From NCBI GenBank assembly GCA_964577395.1, contig CAZNYQ010000004.1, forward strand, positions 1 through 59,450: a stretch of 59,450 bases of DNA. Reading direction: 5' to 3'. This DNA is from an uncultured Candidatus Saccharibacteria bacterium. GTDB taxonomy: Bacteria > Patescibacteriota > Minisyncoccia > JBAYJV01. Each line of letters opens with the position of its first letter. Position 1 is the first letter of the stretch. The notes under the pieces are model-generated. The model was given only the letters and a program-made list of their open reading frames with translations, ran no database searches and was not told the DNA's origin. The translations under genes and the position numbers were made by a program. Of the stretch, positions 7,952 through 17,566 are shown piece after piece.

Positions 7952-9955
7952 ATGAAGACTATTTCACCGGTTTTAATATTAGCTAAGAAAGCAGAGATTT
8001 TTAATAAATCTCTTAATTTATCTTGGGATAAAACCAAGCTTGTTTTTAATAAACAAGAGATTATTCAATTAAGAAATTGGTTTGAGAAAAATATTTCTAA
8101 ACTAAAAAAAGCTTATCAAGTTAATATTTTTTGGAAAAACAATATCTTAATTTTAGAGAAAGATTTACATCTTCCTCCCCTAGAACTTTTAAAAAGATTA
8201 GAAGATTTTCATTATATTAAAAGTCGGCATATTAATTTGCCCGGTGAATATGCTCATAGGGGAGAAATTGTAGATATTTTTCCAATTAATCTATCTCAAC
8301 CTATCAGAATTGAATTTTTAGGGAATACTATTGAGAGAATATATTACTTAGAAAAAGAGGATCTTGATATTGAAACTTTTGATAAAAAATTAAAATTACC
8401 TAAGACAGCCTTAGATCATCTTACATCAGGAGACTATATTGTTCATCTTGATCACGGTATTGGTCGTTTTGCAGGCTTTTTAGTGCGCCAAAAAAAGAGA
8501 TATTATGAAATTCATTACAAAGGAGATGATGTTCTTTTGGTACCTGAAAATTTAAAAGAAAAACTATCTCCATATTTAGGATTTACCAAACCTTCTCTAA
8601 ATCGCTTAGGAAGTGGTAATTGGATAAAGACAAAGAAAAAAGTTAAAAAATATGCCTTAAAATTTGCCAAAGAACTTTTAGAAATTTATGCAAAAAGAGA
8701 AATTTCTCATCGTCTGCCCTACAATGAATTTCCTGATTTTGAAAGCAGGTTAGACGCCGCTTTTGAATATGAGTTAACTAAAGATCAAAAAAATGTTTGG
8801 AAAGAAATTAATAAAGATTTTGTTTCTTCTAAGCCAATGGATCGTCTCATATGCGGAGATGTTGGTTTTGGGAAAACAGAGATAGCCATGAGAACTGCTT
8901 TTAGAACAGCTTTAAATAATTATCAAACTGCTGTTATTTGCCCAACAACTATTTTGGCAGATCAGCATTTCTTGACTTTTTCAAGCAGATTAGAAAACTT
9001 TCCTGTTAAAACAGCGATTTTAACTCGTCTCGTTCCTAAGCATCGCCAAGGAAAAATTATCAAAGATTTAAAAAACGGCAAGATTGATATCTTAATTGGC
9101 ACGCATAGAATTTTATCCCAAGATGTCATATTTAAAAATTTAGGTCTTTTAATTATTGATGAAGAGCAAAGATTTGGAGTTAAGCAAAAAGAAAGACTCA
9201 AAAAAATGGAAGATAATATTAATATCTTAAGTCTTTCAGCTACTCCGATTCCTCGCACTCTTCACATGGCCCTCTCGCAATTAAAAGATATTAGTTTAAT
9301 TCAGACACCTCCTGTATATAAACTACCTATTAAAACTAAAATTGCCATTTTTAATGAAGCTCTTATCAAAAAAGCTATTCAGAAAGAAATTTCACGTCAA
9401 GGACAAGTATATTATTTACATAATCGCATAGGAACACTGATAGCTGTTAAACAAAAACTTCAAGAATTAATTCCTGAAGCCAGCTTCGCTGTTTTACATG
9501 GTAGAATGAGCGAAGCTAAGTTAATTAAAACAATTCATCAGTTTAGAGATAAAAAATATGATGTTTTAATTGCTACCTCAATTATTGAAAACGGACTTGA
9601 TTTAAAAAATGTTAATACTTTAATTATTGAAGATGCAACTAAATTAGGTTTATCACAAGCTCATCAAATACGAGGTAGGGTAGGTAGAGGCAATCTTCAG
9701 TCTTTCGCGTTTTTTCTTTATCCTCATCATAATTTAAACCATCAGACAAAAGAACGCTTAGTGGCTTTAGAAAAATTTTCATATTTAGGAGCAGGCTATC
9801 AAATAGCTAGTAAAGACTTAGAAATCAGAGGAGCTGGTAATCTTTTAGGAAGAGAACAATCAGGATCAATTAATAAGGTAGGCCTTAATCTATATTACCA
9901 AATATTAAATCAAGCCATTGAGTATCTCAAAAAGAATAAGAATTTGGATATTTAA
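7952..9955 (+). CDS. mfd: Transcription-repair coupling factor, shortened form
   Basis: GEYAHRGEIVDIFP, VHLDHGIGRF (CarD-like RID), GDVGFGKT, DEEQRFGV, SATPIPRTL, DLEIRGAGNLLG. Confidence 0.94.
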   Translation: MKTISPVLILAKKAEIFNKSLNLSWDKTKLVFNKQEIIQLRNWFEKNISKLKKAYQVNIFWKNNILILEKDLHLPPLELLKRLEDFHYIKSRHINLPGEYAHRGEIVDIFPINLSQPIRIEFLGNTIERIYYLEKEDLDIETFDKKLKLPKTALDHLTSGDYIVHLDHGIGRFAGFLVRQKKRYYEIHYKGDDVLLVPENLKEKLSPYLGFTKPSLNRLGSGNWIKTKKKVKKYALKFAKELLEIYAKREISHRLPYNEFPDFESRLDAAFEYELTKDQKNVWKEINKDFVSSKPMDRLICGDVGFGKTEIAMRTAFRTALNNYQTAVICPTTILADQHFLTFSSRLENFPVKTAILTRLVPKHRQGKIIKDLKNGKIDILIGTHRILSQDVIFKNLGLLIIDEEQRFGVKQKERLKKMEDNINILSLSATPIPRTLHMALSQLKDISLIQTPPVYKLPIKTKIAIFNEALIKKAIQKEISRQGQVYYLHNRIGTLIAVKQKLQELIPEASFAVLHGRMSEAKLIKTIHQFRDKKYDVLIATSIIENGLDLKNVNTLIIEDATKLGLSQAHQIRGRVGRGNLQSFAFFLYPHHNLNHQTKERLVALEKFSYLGAGYQIASKDLEIRGAGNLLGREQSGSINKVGLNLYYQILNQAIEYLKKNKNLDI

Positions 9956-9972
9956 TTGATTAATATTAAAAT

Positions 9973-10920
9973 ATGTTTTGGAAAGAATTAAAAAGACCTC
10001 TTCTCTGTTCAGCTCCTATGTCAGGAGTTACTGATGCTGTTTTTAGAAAAATTCTTACAAAAAATGGCAAACCAGCTGTTATTTTTACTGAATTTGTATC
10101 TTGTGATGGATTGTGTTCTCAAGGCAAAGAAAAACTTTTAAGACAACTTCAGTTTTCTAAAGAAGAAAAACCTATCGTAGCTCAACTTTTTGGATCGCAA
10201 CCCGATAATTTTTACACATCAGCGCGCTTAGTTAAGAATCTAGGTTTTGATGGGATTGATATCAATATGGGATGTCCAGATAGAAATGTGATTAAACAAA
10301 AAGCTGGCGCTTATTTAATCAAAACTCCTCGTATAGCTTCTCAAATTATCCAAGCTACTAAAAAAGGAGCTGGCGATTTACCTATTTCTGTGAAAACAAG
10401 GATTGGTTATGATAAAAATCAAATTAAGGAATGGGCAAGTTTTCTATTACAGCATAAACTAGCGGCGCTAACAATTCATGGAAGAACCAAACAGCAAGCT
10501 TATACAGGTAAGGTTAACTGGCAAGCTATTTACAGAACAAAAGAAATTGCAAAAAAGATATCTCCTGAAACTTTAATTATTGGCAATGGTGATATTAAAA
10601 CCTTAAAAGAAGCTTTTAAAAAAGCTCGGGAATATAAAATTGGTGGCATAATGGTAGGAAGAGCTTTATTAAATGATATCTTCTTTTTTAACCAAGATAA
10701 AAGTATCCAAAGTTTTTCTTCTCGAAAAAGAGCTGAATTACTAATTCAGCACGCTCAACTTTTTGAAGACACGTTTCCTCAAGCAAATTTTTCTAATTTG
10801 AAGAAATTCTTTAAAGGATATATTAGTGATTTTAAGTATTCTAGTAGCTTAAGAGAGAAATTAATGAAAGCAAATAACAGTCAAGAATTAAAGGAAATTG
10901 TGGACAACTTTTTTGAGTAA
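9973..10920 (+). CDS. dus: tRNA-dihydrouridine synthase
   Basis: APMSGVTD, QLFGS, DINMGCP, HGRT, NGDI, MVGRA motifs. Confidence 0.94.
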   Translation: MFWKELKRPLLCSAPMSGVTDAVFRKILTKNGKPAVIFTEFVSCDGLCSQGKEKLLRQLQFSKEEKPIVAQLFGSQPDNFYTSARLVKNLGFDGIDINMGCPDRNVIKQKAGAYLIKTPRIASQIIQATKKGAGDLPISVKTRIGYDKNQIKEWASFLLQHKLAALTIHGRTKQQAYTGKVNWQAIYRTKEIAKKISPETLIIGNGDIKTLKEAFKKAREYKIGGIMVGRALLNDIFFFNQDKSIQSFSSRKRAELLIQHAQLFEDTFPQANFSNLKKFFKGYISDFKYSSSLREKLMKANNSQELKEIVDNFFE

Positions 10921-10949
10921 AATTCATTTAAGAGATATAATATCTATAT

Positions 10950-11225
10950 ATGGATAAGATAAAAAATTTCTTTGGCTTTTACAAGATGGTTAGCACCAAG
11001 ATATTAATTTCAATATATATTATTGGTGCTCTAGCAATTATTGCCTTTGGAATTAATTTAATTACTCAAGGCGGTATTAATATTATAGCAGGTCTATTAG
11101 TTTTATTATTAGGTAGTTTGGTTTGGAGAATTATATGTGAGCTTTGGATATTACTTTTTAAAATGTATGATCTTTTAAAAAAAGTTAAAGAATATTTACA
11201 AAATTTAAGTGATAGTATTCATTAA
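10950..11225 (+). CDS. Small membrane protein, DUF4282-like
   Basis: Two TM helices and WRIICE..ILLFKM pattern. Confidence 0.65.
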   Translation: MDKIKNFFGFYKMVSTKILISIYIIGALAIIAFGINLITQGGINIIAGLLVLLLGSLVWRIICELWILLFKMYDLLKKVKEYLQNLSDSIH

Positions 11226-11268
11226 AAACCTCGTTAAAAAACGAATTTATCAAATTTATCGTTTTTAC

Positions 11269-11297
11269 TTGACAGAGGATATTTTTTTTCATAGAAT
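11269..11297 (+). promoter_or_regulatory. sigma70-like promoter
   Basis: TTGACA (11269-74), 17-nt spacer, TAGAAT (11292-97). Confidence 0.72.
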
Positions 11298-11303
11298 AGG
11301 AAT

Positions 11304-11540
11304 TAGTATCGTGGAGATAAGGAATAAAAACTTCTAAATCTCCTTTAGAGGGGAAGATATTATCAGGGCTTTAATAGGCCACTGCCAACCACAGCCCTTA
11401 CTGTAATGCTGTCTATATAAAAACAGAGGAGATATTACAGGTTAGAGTTTTCGACCTTGAGCTTTGCCTTCGAAACTCTAGGCAATATCTATCTTCCTAT
11501 CTCCGAGCCCGGTGAAGTTAGTTGCACCGGGCTCTTTAAT
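11304..11540 (+). ncRNA. Candidate multibranch structured RNA or long regulatory leader
   Basis: At least six helices of 6-11 bp between the promoter and a GC-rich terminal hairpin; no SD-led ORF inside. Confidence 0.55.
11505..11540 (+). terminator. Intrinsic terminator-like hairpin
   Basis: GAGCCCGGTG/CACCGGGCTC followed by TTTAATAT (short U tract). Confidence 0.6.
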
Positions 11541-11628
11541 ATATCTAGATATGTGGAAAAATGTCTCTTGACTTATCTTATTTATCTATGGCAATATAGA
11601 TATAAGTTCTTTTTAGGAGGTAGGAGAA

Positions 11629-12063
11629 ATGTTGATGGGAAAGCAAACTATCATATTAATTGATGGTGATAGGGTAGTCTTTTTTTATGAAGATTTTCCT
11701 ATAACTAAAGTATATAAATACTATTTAAGAGATAAAGACGATTCACAAAATATTATTTGCTATACTAAGAAAGGCAATAAAAAAATTCTGAAAGTTCGGG
11801 AAATGTATGATGATAGAGTTGCTTGGCTTTTCCGCTTAAGAAGAGCTCAAAGCCATAAAGCTCTTAAAAATATCCACAAGAATTTTTCTGAAGCAATTGT
11901 CTTACTTAAAAAACTAAATCCAAAACCTCAAGGAGAAGAGAATAATCGTCCCTTAAGAGAGGCAGCTAAAATTCTCTCACCCGATGATTATCTCATTGTT
12001 GTTCCCAGAGACCAGTTAAAGACACTGCTTAATCCTAGCGTATTAAAAAAAATCCCTGGTTAG
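11629..12063 (+). CDS. Hypothetical protein
   Basis: 144-aa ORF with double SD AGGAGGTAGGAG and a terminator overlapping its end. Confidence 0.7.
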   Translation: MLMGKQTIILIDGDRVVFFYEDFPITKVYKYYLRDKDDSQNIICYTKKGNKKILKVREMYDDRVAWLFRLRRAQSHKALKNIHKNFSEAIVLLKKLNPKPQGEENNRPLREAAKILSPDDYLIVVPRDQLKTLLNPSVLKKIPG

Positions 12064-12078
12064 TTTCAGGGATTTTTT
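12047..12078. terminator. Bidirectional terminator
   Basis: AAAAAATCCCTG/CAGGGATTTTTT between convergent genes. Confidence 0.75.
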
Positions 12079-12085
12079 ATTCTAT

Positions 12086-12508
12086 TTAAATACCTAAATT
12101 TTGTTGATCCAAAGCTTGATTAGCTAATTGATCCGCTTCCTTGTTTTGTTCTCTCGGAATTGCTTTAAATTCTAAAATTGCTTTATTCTTTAAAACAATT
12201 TTTTTGTTCCAAGCTTTTAAGAAAAGTCTTTGTAAAGACGGTTGAGTAATACGATAATCACCTTTCATTTGTTCAATCATTAATTTTGAGTCAGCATAGA
12301 AACAAATTTTTTGAGGATGGTATCGATTAACATGTTTCATTGCTTCTATGAGAGCTTCATATTCTGCTTCATTATTCGTTTTTTTTCCTAAGACTTGGTG
12401 TTTTTTCCAAATAACATTGCCTTGCTCATTTTTGAAGACGATACCTAAGGAAGCTGGTCCTGGATTACCACGTGAAGCTCCGTCTGTGTAAACATTTAAA
12501 ATTTCCAT
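12086..12508 (-). CDS. rnhA: Ribonuclease HI
   Basis: TDGASRGNPG, TNNEAEYEA, DSKL, NKEADQLAN motifs. Confidence 0.95.
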   Translation of the reverse strand: MEILNVYTDGASRGNPGPASLGIVFKNEQGNVIWKKHQVLGKKTNNEAEYEALIEAMKHVNRYHPQKICFYADSKLMIEQMKGDYRITQPSLQRLFLKAWNKKIVLKNKAILEFKAIPREQNKEADQLANQALDQQNLGI

Positions 12509-12529
12509 AAAAGTTACATATTATATAAA

Positions 12530-14284
12530 TTAAACTTTTTTCCAATCAATTATTCTAAGAGTTACTTTTTTATATCCTTGCCATTCATCAAAAAGTAAAC
12601 TAAAAGCAAAATCATATTTTTCTCCTATGACTAAAGGTTGACTTTTGAGAACATTTTCAAAAAGCAACGCTCTTAAATACATATCTTTTCCATCTTCAAT
12701 CTTCTTGATTCTAAGTAAGAGATGTTGGCCCTTTTTACCAATTTTACGTTGTTCTATTAAAAGAGCTTTTTTAACGGCAAAAAGAGGTTCAGGATTACCT
12801 TGCCCATAAGGAGCTAATTCATTTAAAATATTTTTTAGATCATATTTAATTTGAGAAAAGTTTAAGACAATATCAATGTCTAACTTAGGCTGAAGTTTCT
12901 TGTTTTTTAAAAAAACATGTGCTTGCTGAATTAAACATTTCTCAAATTTCTTAATGCAATTCTTTTTAATAGAAAAGCCTCCTGCTCCTTTATGACCTCC
13001 AAAAGTGTTTAAATATCGTTGGCATTTATCAAGCATTTTTACAATATTAACTTCTGGGATACTGCGACAAGATCCTCGAATTAGTTGATTTTCTTGGGTA
13101 TAGATAAAGCTTGGCAGATAAAACTTATCTGTTATTTTCCCTGATACTAAGCCTACTATTCCTAGAGGACACTCAGAATCTCCTTTGATAATAACTTTAT
13201 TATTAATATCCTTAGAAGAAATATTTTGAGTAATTTTTTTAGTTATCTTTCTTTGAAAACGTTGCCGCACTTGATTTTTTCTTGATAGCTTACGAGAGAT
13301 TTTTTGTGCTTCTTCAGGAGAAACAGTATTTAAAAGAAAAAATGCTGTATTAGCATGATCTATCCGACCAGCTGCATTTAATCTTGGTCCAATGATAAAA
13401 CCAATCGTATGAGCATCAATATTTTTAACGATGAAGCGATTTTTCTTTTTATCGATCCATTTAATGCGGGGATTTTTAATACCAGCATCAATTAGAAGTC
13501 TTTTTAAGCCTACTCTTTTTGTTTTAGCAAGTACCAATAATCCGTATTTAACTAACGTGCGATTCTCACCCTTAAGGATCATCATATCAGCTACTGTTGC
13601 AATAGCAACTAAATCAAGCAACCATTTCTCAGCTCCTTTATTAAATTTCTTAGGATAAGCATAAATTAAAGCTTCGGCTAATTTAAAGGCTACTCCTGCG
13701 CCTGATAAATTTTTATTAGGATAAGTATCATTTTTCTTTCGTGGATTGATTGTTACTAGAGCAGATGGAAGTTTTTTGGCTACTAAATGGTGATCTGTGA
13801 CAATAACATCCAATCCTATTTTCTTAGCAAAAGCTACTTCTTCAATGTCTGTTGTACCGCAATCAACAGTAATTACTAAACTTGCTCCTTTCTTTGCTAA
13901 TTCTTCTAAAGCTTTTTGACTTAAGCCATAACCATCCTTTTTTCTATCTGGCAAATATACAAAAGGATTTAATCCTAGTTTTTCAAAAGTTTGATTTAAG
14001 ATTGTTGAAGCGCAAATTCCATCAGCATCATAATCACCAAAAATAGCGATTTGCTCTTTATTGTAAATTGCTTTTTTAATTCGTCTAACAGCTGTTTTCA
14101 TGCCAGATAGTAAATAAGGATCGTGCAAATCTTTCTTATAATCAATTGAAAGAAAATCCTCAATTTCATCCTTGTTTCTAATATGACGATTATATAATAA
14201 ATTTAATAAAAGAGGCGGATAATCTTTAAATTGATTGATAAAAGATTGAGGAACTTTCTTTTTAATTTTCCATGTTTTATCCAT
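12530..14284 (-). CDS. recJ: Single-stranded DNA exonuclease RecJ
   Basis: GDYDADG, TVDCG, TDHH (DHH), GPRLNAAGR, GGHKGAGG. Confidence 0.96.
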   Translation of the reverse strand: MDKTWKIKKKVPQSFINQFKDYPPLLLNLLYNRHIRNKDEIEDFLSIDYKKDLHDPYLLSGMKTAVRRIKKAIYNKEQIAIFGDYDADGICASTILNQTFEKLGLNPFVYLPDRKKDGYGLSQKALEELAKKGASLVITVDCGTTDIEEVAFAKKIGLDVIVTDHHLVAKKLPSALVTINPRKKNDTYPNKNLSGAGVAFKLAEALIYAYPKKFNKGAEKWLLDLVAIATVADMMILKGENRTLVKYGLLVLAKTKRVGLKRLLIDAGIKNPRIKWIDKKKNRFIVKNIDAHTIGFIIGPRLNAAGRIDHANTAFFLLNTVSPEEAQKISRKLSRKNQVRQRFQRKITKKITQNISSKDINNKVIIKGDSECPLGIVGLVSGKITDKFYLPSFIYTQENQLIRGSCRSIPEVNIVKMLDKCQRYLNTFGGHKGAGGFSIKKNCIKKFEKCLIQQAHVFLKNKKLQPKLDIDIVLNFSQIKYDLKNILNELAPYGQGNPEPLFAVKKALLIEQRKIGKKGQHLLLRIKKIEDGKDMYLRALLFENVLKSQPLVIGEKYDFAFSLLFDEWQGYKKVTLRIIDWKKV

Positions 14285-14359
14285 AAAATATTAATAAAAA
14301 TCATTACTCTTAAACAACTTAATATAGCTGATAAGAGTTAATAAGTAAATGAAGCTGGC

Positions 14360-16291
14360 TTAAAAAACATCGGCTTCTTTTTTTTCAGAAAAGTACCAAT
14401 TTAAAATATCATAGGCAGCTGGAGCAGCAATAGCTGATCCACCACCTCCTTTTTCTATTAAAACGACTAGAACAATTTCAGGATTTTCATAGGGAGCAAA
14501 GGTTGCAAACCAAGCATGGCTTTCAGAGCCATCACCTATTTGAGCTGTTCCGGTTTTAGCAGCTGCTGTAATCGATAATCTTTGTAATATTTGAGCAGAA
14601 CCTGATAAAACTGCTTCTCTTAATCCGCGCCGAACTAAATCGATGTTTTCTTCTTGAAAATTAGATTGGGTAATAATTTCAGGCTTTAAAAAGTTAAATT
14701 TTCCTTGATCAACTTCCTGTGCTCCCAGAAGGAGTCTTGGTTGGTATAAAATTCCTTTATTAGCAAAAAAACTATAAATTTGAGCTATTTGAAGAGGAGT
14801 GAGAGATATATCACCTTGACCAATTGAAGCGTGGTAAGTATCTCCAATATACCAAGCTTCGTTTTTAGCTTGTTTTTTCCACTGAGGATCAGGTATTAAT
14901 CCCATGGCTTCATCTGGTAGATCAATTCCAGTTAATTTGTTGAGAAATATTTTATTTACATAAGCTTTGATTTTATCAATTCCTAAACCTTCAAAATCTT
15001 CATACCCTCCTCCGATAATATAAAAATAGACATTACAGGACTGAGCAATTGCTTTAATTAAATTAACTCTTCCATGAGTCTTCCAATCTCTAAAAAGATA
15101 ACTAACATTTGGATTATATTGATTAACAATTCTTAAAAAACCTTTGCAAGTAAAATATGTTTGAGGGTTCACTATACCTTCTTCTAGAGCGGCTAAAGCA
15201 ACTAAAGGTTTAAAAGTAGAACCAGGCGGATAGATTCCTTTGATAACACGATTAAAAAAAGGACGTTCTTCTGCATTTATTAATCCTTGAAATTCTTTCT
15301 GGCCAACACCTTGAGCTAAATTAGAATTATTAAAGCTTGGTAAACTTACCATAGCTAATACATCTCCATTAGAAGGATTTAAGGCTACGGCTGCTGCTGC
15401 ACTTAAATCTTTTTTTTCTAAAGTATCTTTCAAAACAGTAAATATTTTTTGTTGTAAATTAGCATCTATGGTTGTTAAAATATTTAAACCATCACTTGCT
15501 TCTCTCTGAGAGAGTGGCCTGATTTCTTCTCTAATTGGCGAAACCTCAACATTTTTAATACCTAATTGACCTCTAAGGATTTTTTCATATTGTTTTTCAA
15601 GACCAGCTTTGCCAATGATATCATCTAAAAGATAGCTACTTCCTTCTTGTTTAAGCTCTAATTGTGTTATTCTACCAGTATATCCCAAAAGGTGAGCAAA
15701 AGCTTCATCATTAAGATAATCTCTTGTTTCATAAATTTTTAAAGCAAGAAAGGGCCATTTATCTTTTTGACTTTTAAATTTAAAAACTTGTTGATCAGTT
15801 AAATTTTTCTTCAAAACAATTTCTTCATTAAATGATTTTTCTTGAAAATCTTGTATTTTTTTTAATAAATCTTCTTTAGAAATATTAATTAATTCGCTAA
15901 GAAAATTATAGGTTTTCTCAATATCTTGATCAAGAATATTGTTTTCAATGATAAGGTTATATAGCGGAACATTGTAAACTAATTGAACTTTATTTCTGTC
16001 ATAGATAATACCTCGATGAGGTCTAACCCATTCTATTTGAGAACGATTCTTTTCAGCTAATGTCCTATAATAATCTGCTCCCTTAACTTGTAAAAATATA
16101 ATTCTGCCAATGACCACAAGGAAAAAGATACTTATTAGAATGAAAGGTAAATAAACAAGAATATTTTTAACAGGCAATGGTATTCTATCCTGTGATTCAA
16201 AAGGCATGTTTTCCTGTACCTCAACTAAGACATCTTCAAAGTCTAGATGACGATCTTTTAACTTCTTCTTTTTTTTAAATAAATTAGACAC
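14360..16291 (-). CDS. mrdA: Penicillin-binding protein 2
   Basis: GSTFK (SxxK), SCN, KTGT motifs; N-terminal TM; located in the mre operon. Confidence 0.94.
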   Translation of the reverse strand: MSNLFKKKKKLKDRHLDFEDVLVEVQENMPFESQDRIPLPVKNILVYLPFILISIFFLVVIGRIIFLQVKGADYYRTLAEKNRSQIEWVRPHRGIIYDRNKVQLVYNVPLYNLIIENNILDQDIEKTYNFLSELINISKEDLLKKIQDFQEKSFNEEIVLKKNLTDQQVFKFKSQKDKWPFLALKIYETRDYLNDEAFAHLLGYTGRITQLELKQEGSSYLLDDIIGKAGLEKQYEKILRGQLGIKNVEVSPIREEIRPLSQREASDGLNILTTIDANLQQKIFTVLKDTLEKKDLSAAAAVALNPSNGDVLAMVSLPSFNNSNLAQGVGQKEFQGLINAEERPFFNRVIKGIYPPGSTFKPLVALAALEEGIVNPQTYFTCKGFLRIVNQYNPNVSYLFRDWKTHGRVNLIKAIAQSCNVYFYIIGGGYEDFEGLGIDKIKAYVNKIFLNKLTGIDLPDEAMGLIPDPQWKKQAKNEAWYIGDTYHASIGQGDISLTPLQIAQIYSFFANKGILYQPRLLLGAQEVDQGKFNFLKPEIITQSNFQEENIDLVRRGLREAVLSGSAQILQRLSITAAAKTGTAQIGDGSESHAWFATFAPYENPEIVLVVLIEKGGGGSAIAAPAAYDILNWYFSEKKEADVF

Positions 16292-16757
16292 TAAAGTTTA
16301 AAATTCTCTTTCTGAAAATAAAAGCAATTAAGAAAACTAAGAAAATATTAATTAATATCTGTTCTCCTAAAATAGTCCAATTATTTAAAATTCCTAATAA
16401 ATAAAAATATATATTCTCTAAAATTTTAAAAATTAAAAAACTTACCAATCCCATAATTAAAAGAGAAGTCATTCCAAAAGAACGCCAAAAATTCTTCCTG
16501 ACAAAATATATTAAAAAACAAAAGATTAAATATAATAAAGTTTTTGTACCTAAAGGAGTGCCAATAAAAAGATCCGTTAATAAGCCACCTATCATGACTA
16601 AAGAATAAAGCTGCCATGGAGCAACTGGCTTAAGGGCCCAGAAAAAAAGCATTATTAAAACAAAATCAAAATAAATATCCAATTTAAAGGAACTTAAAAG
16701 TCCAAATTTAAGGATAAGAGCTGTTATAAGGATCAGAAATCTTTTTAAGAAATTCAT
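16284..16757 (-). CDS. mreD: Rod shape-determining protein MreD
   Basis: Multi-TM, GGLLTDLF motif, between mreC and mrdA. Confidence 0.78.
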   Translation of the reverse strand: MNFLKRFLILITALILKFGLLSSFKLDIYFDFVLIMLFFWALKPVAPWQLYSLVMIGGLLTDLFIGTPLGTKTLLYLIFCFLIYFVRKNFWRSFGMTSLLIMGLVSFLIFKILENIYFYLLGILNNWTILGEQILINIFLVFLIAFIFRKRILNFSV

Positions 16758-16765
16758 ATATTAAA

Positions 16766-17563
16766 CTATTTTGAAATGACTAATACTTTTTCTATTGTTT
16801 CGATATCGATAAAAGATTTTAAAGTTATGATTTTAGAAATTTCTACTGGCTTAGTAGAAATTTCTATTGCTTGACCTACTAAAAAATTAGGAGGAAAAAC
16901 TCCATTAATGCCTGATGTTAAAAAATTTTCTTTTTCCTGAGGATGATCTTCATAATTAATAATTTCAACTTGCAAGATATTATTTTTGCCTGTTAAGAGT
17001 CCTTGAGCTTTACTCTCTTGTCCTTTAACGGCTACGGAAAAATCATCATTAAAAAGAGTGGTCACTTGAGATATTGTTTCAAATACTTCATTGACACGTC
17101 CTATTAAAAAATTATTAGGTAAGACGACAATGTCATTTTCTTGCATTTGATCTTTCTTACCTAAGTCAATTAAAAGAACTTGACCAGCTTCATTAGCTTT
17201 ACCAATTACTCTAGCAACTTTAAAATCATATGGATTAGCTTTTTTAAAATTGAGTGCATTTTTTAAAAATTCATTTTCTTCTTTTAGCTTATCCAACTCG
17301 GCCTGCAATCCCACTAAAATTGTTTTTTGTTTTTCAAAGGTATTGATTAAATCTATTTTTTTTTGAAATTCTAAAAAATTATATAAAGGCCGAGCTACCT
17401 TTACGTCTACTTGATGGCTTGCTTTTAAAAAAGGCGCTGTAATTCTTAAAACACCTGATTTGATATTATTTAAAATATCATTTTCATCTAAAATAAAAAT
17501 TGTGATTGTGAGAATTAAAAAAAGTATAAAAATACTTAAATTTTTTGATAAAAAATTTTTCAT
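16766..17563 (-). CDS. mreC: Rod shape-determining protein MreC
   Basis: TM, coiled coil LKEENEFLK, ARVIG, TSGINGVFPP. Confidence 0.9.
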   Translation of the reverse strand: MKNFLSKNLSIFILFLILTITIFILDENDILNNIKSGVLRITAPFLKASHQVDVKVARPLYNFLEFQKKIDLINTFEKQKTILVGLQAELDKLKEENEFLKNALNFKKANPYDFKVARVIGKANEAGQVLLIDLGKKDQMQENDIVVLPNNFLIGRVNEVFETISQVTTLFNDDFSVAVKGQESKAQGLLTGKNNILQVEIINYEDHPQEKENFLTSGINGVFPPNFLVGQAIEISTKPVEISKIITLKSFIDIETIEKVLVISK

Positions 17564-17566
17564 ATA

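Noticed and set aside
11359-11400. TTATCAGGG...GGCC...GCCAACC resembling a SAM-I riboswitch
   Set aside because: Lacks the GAGGGA kink-turn and GGUGC.AA.UCC elements, and no sulfur or methionine gene follows
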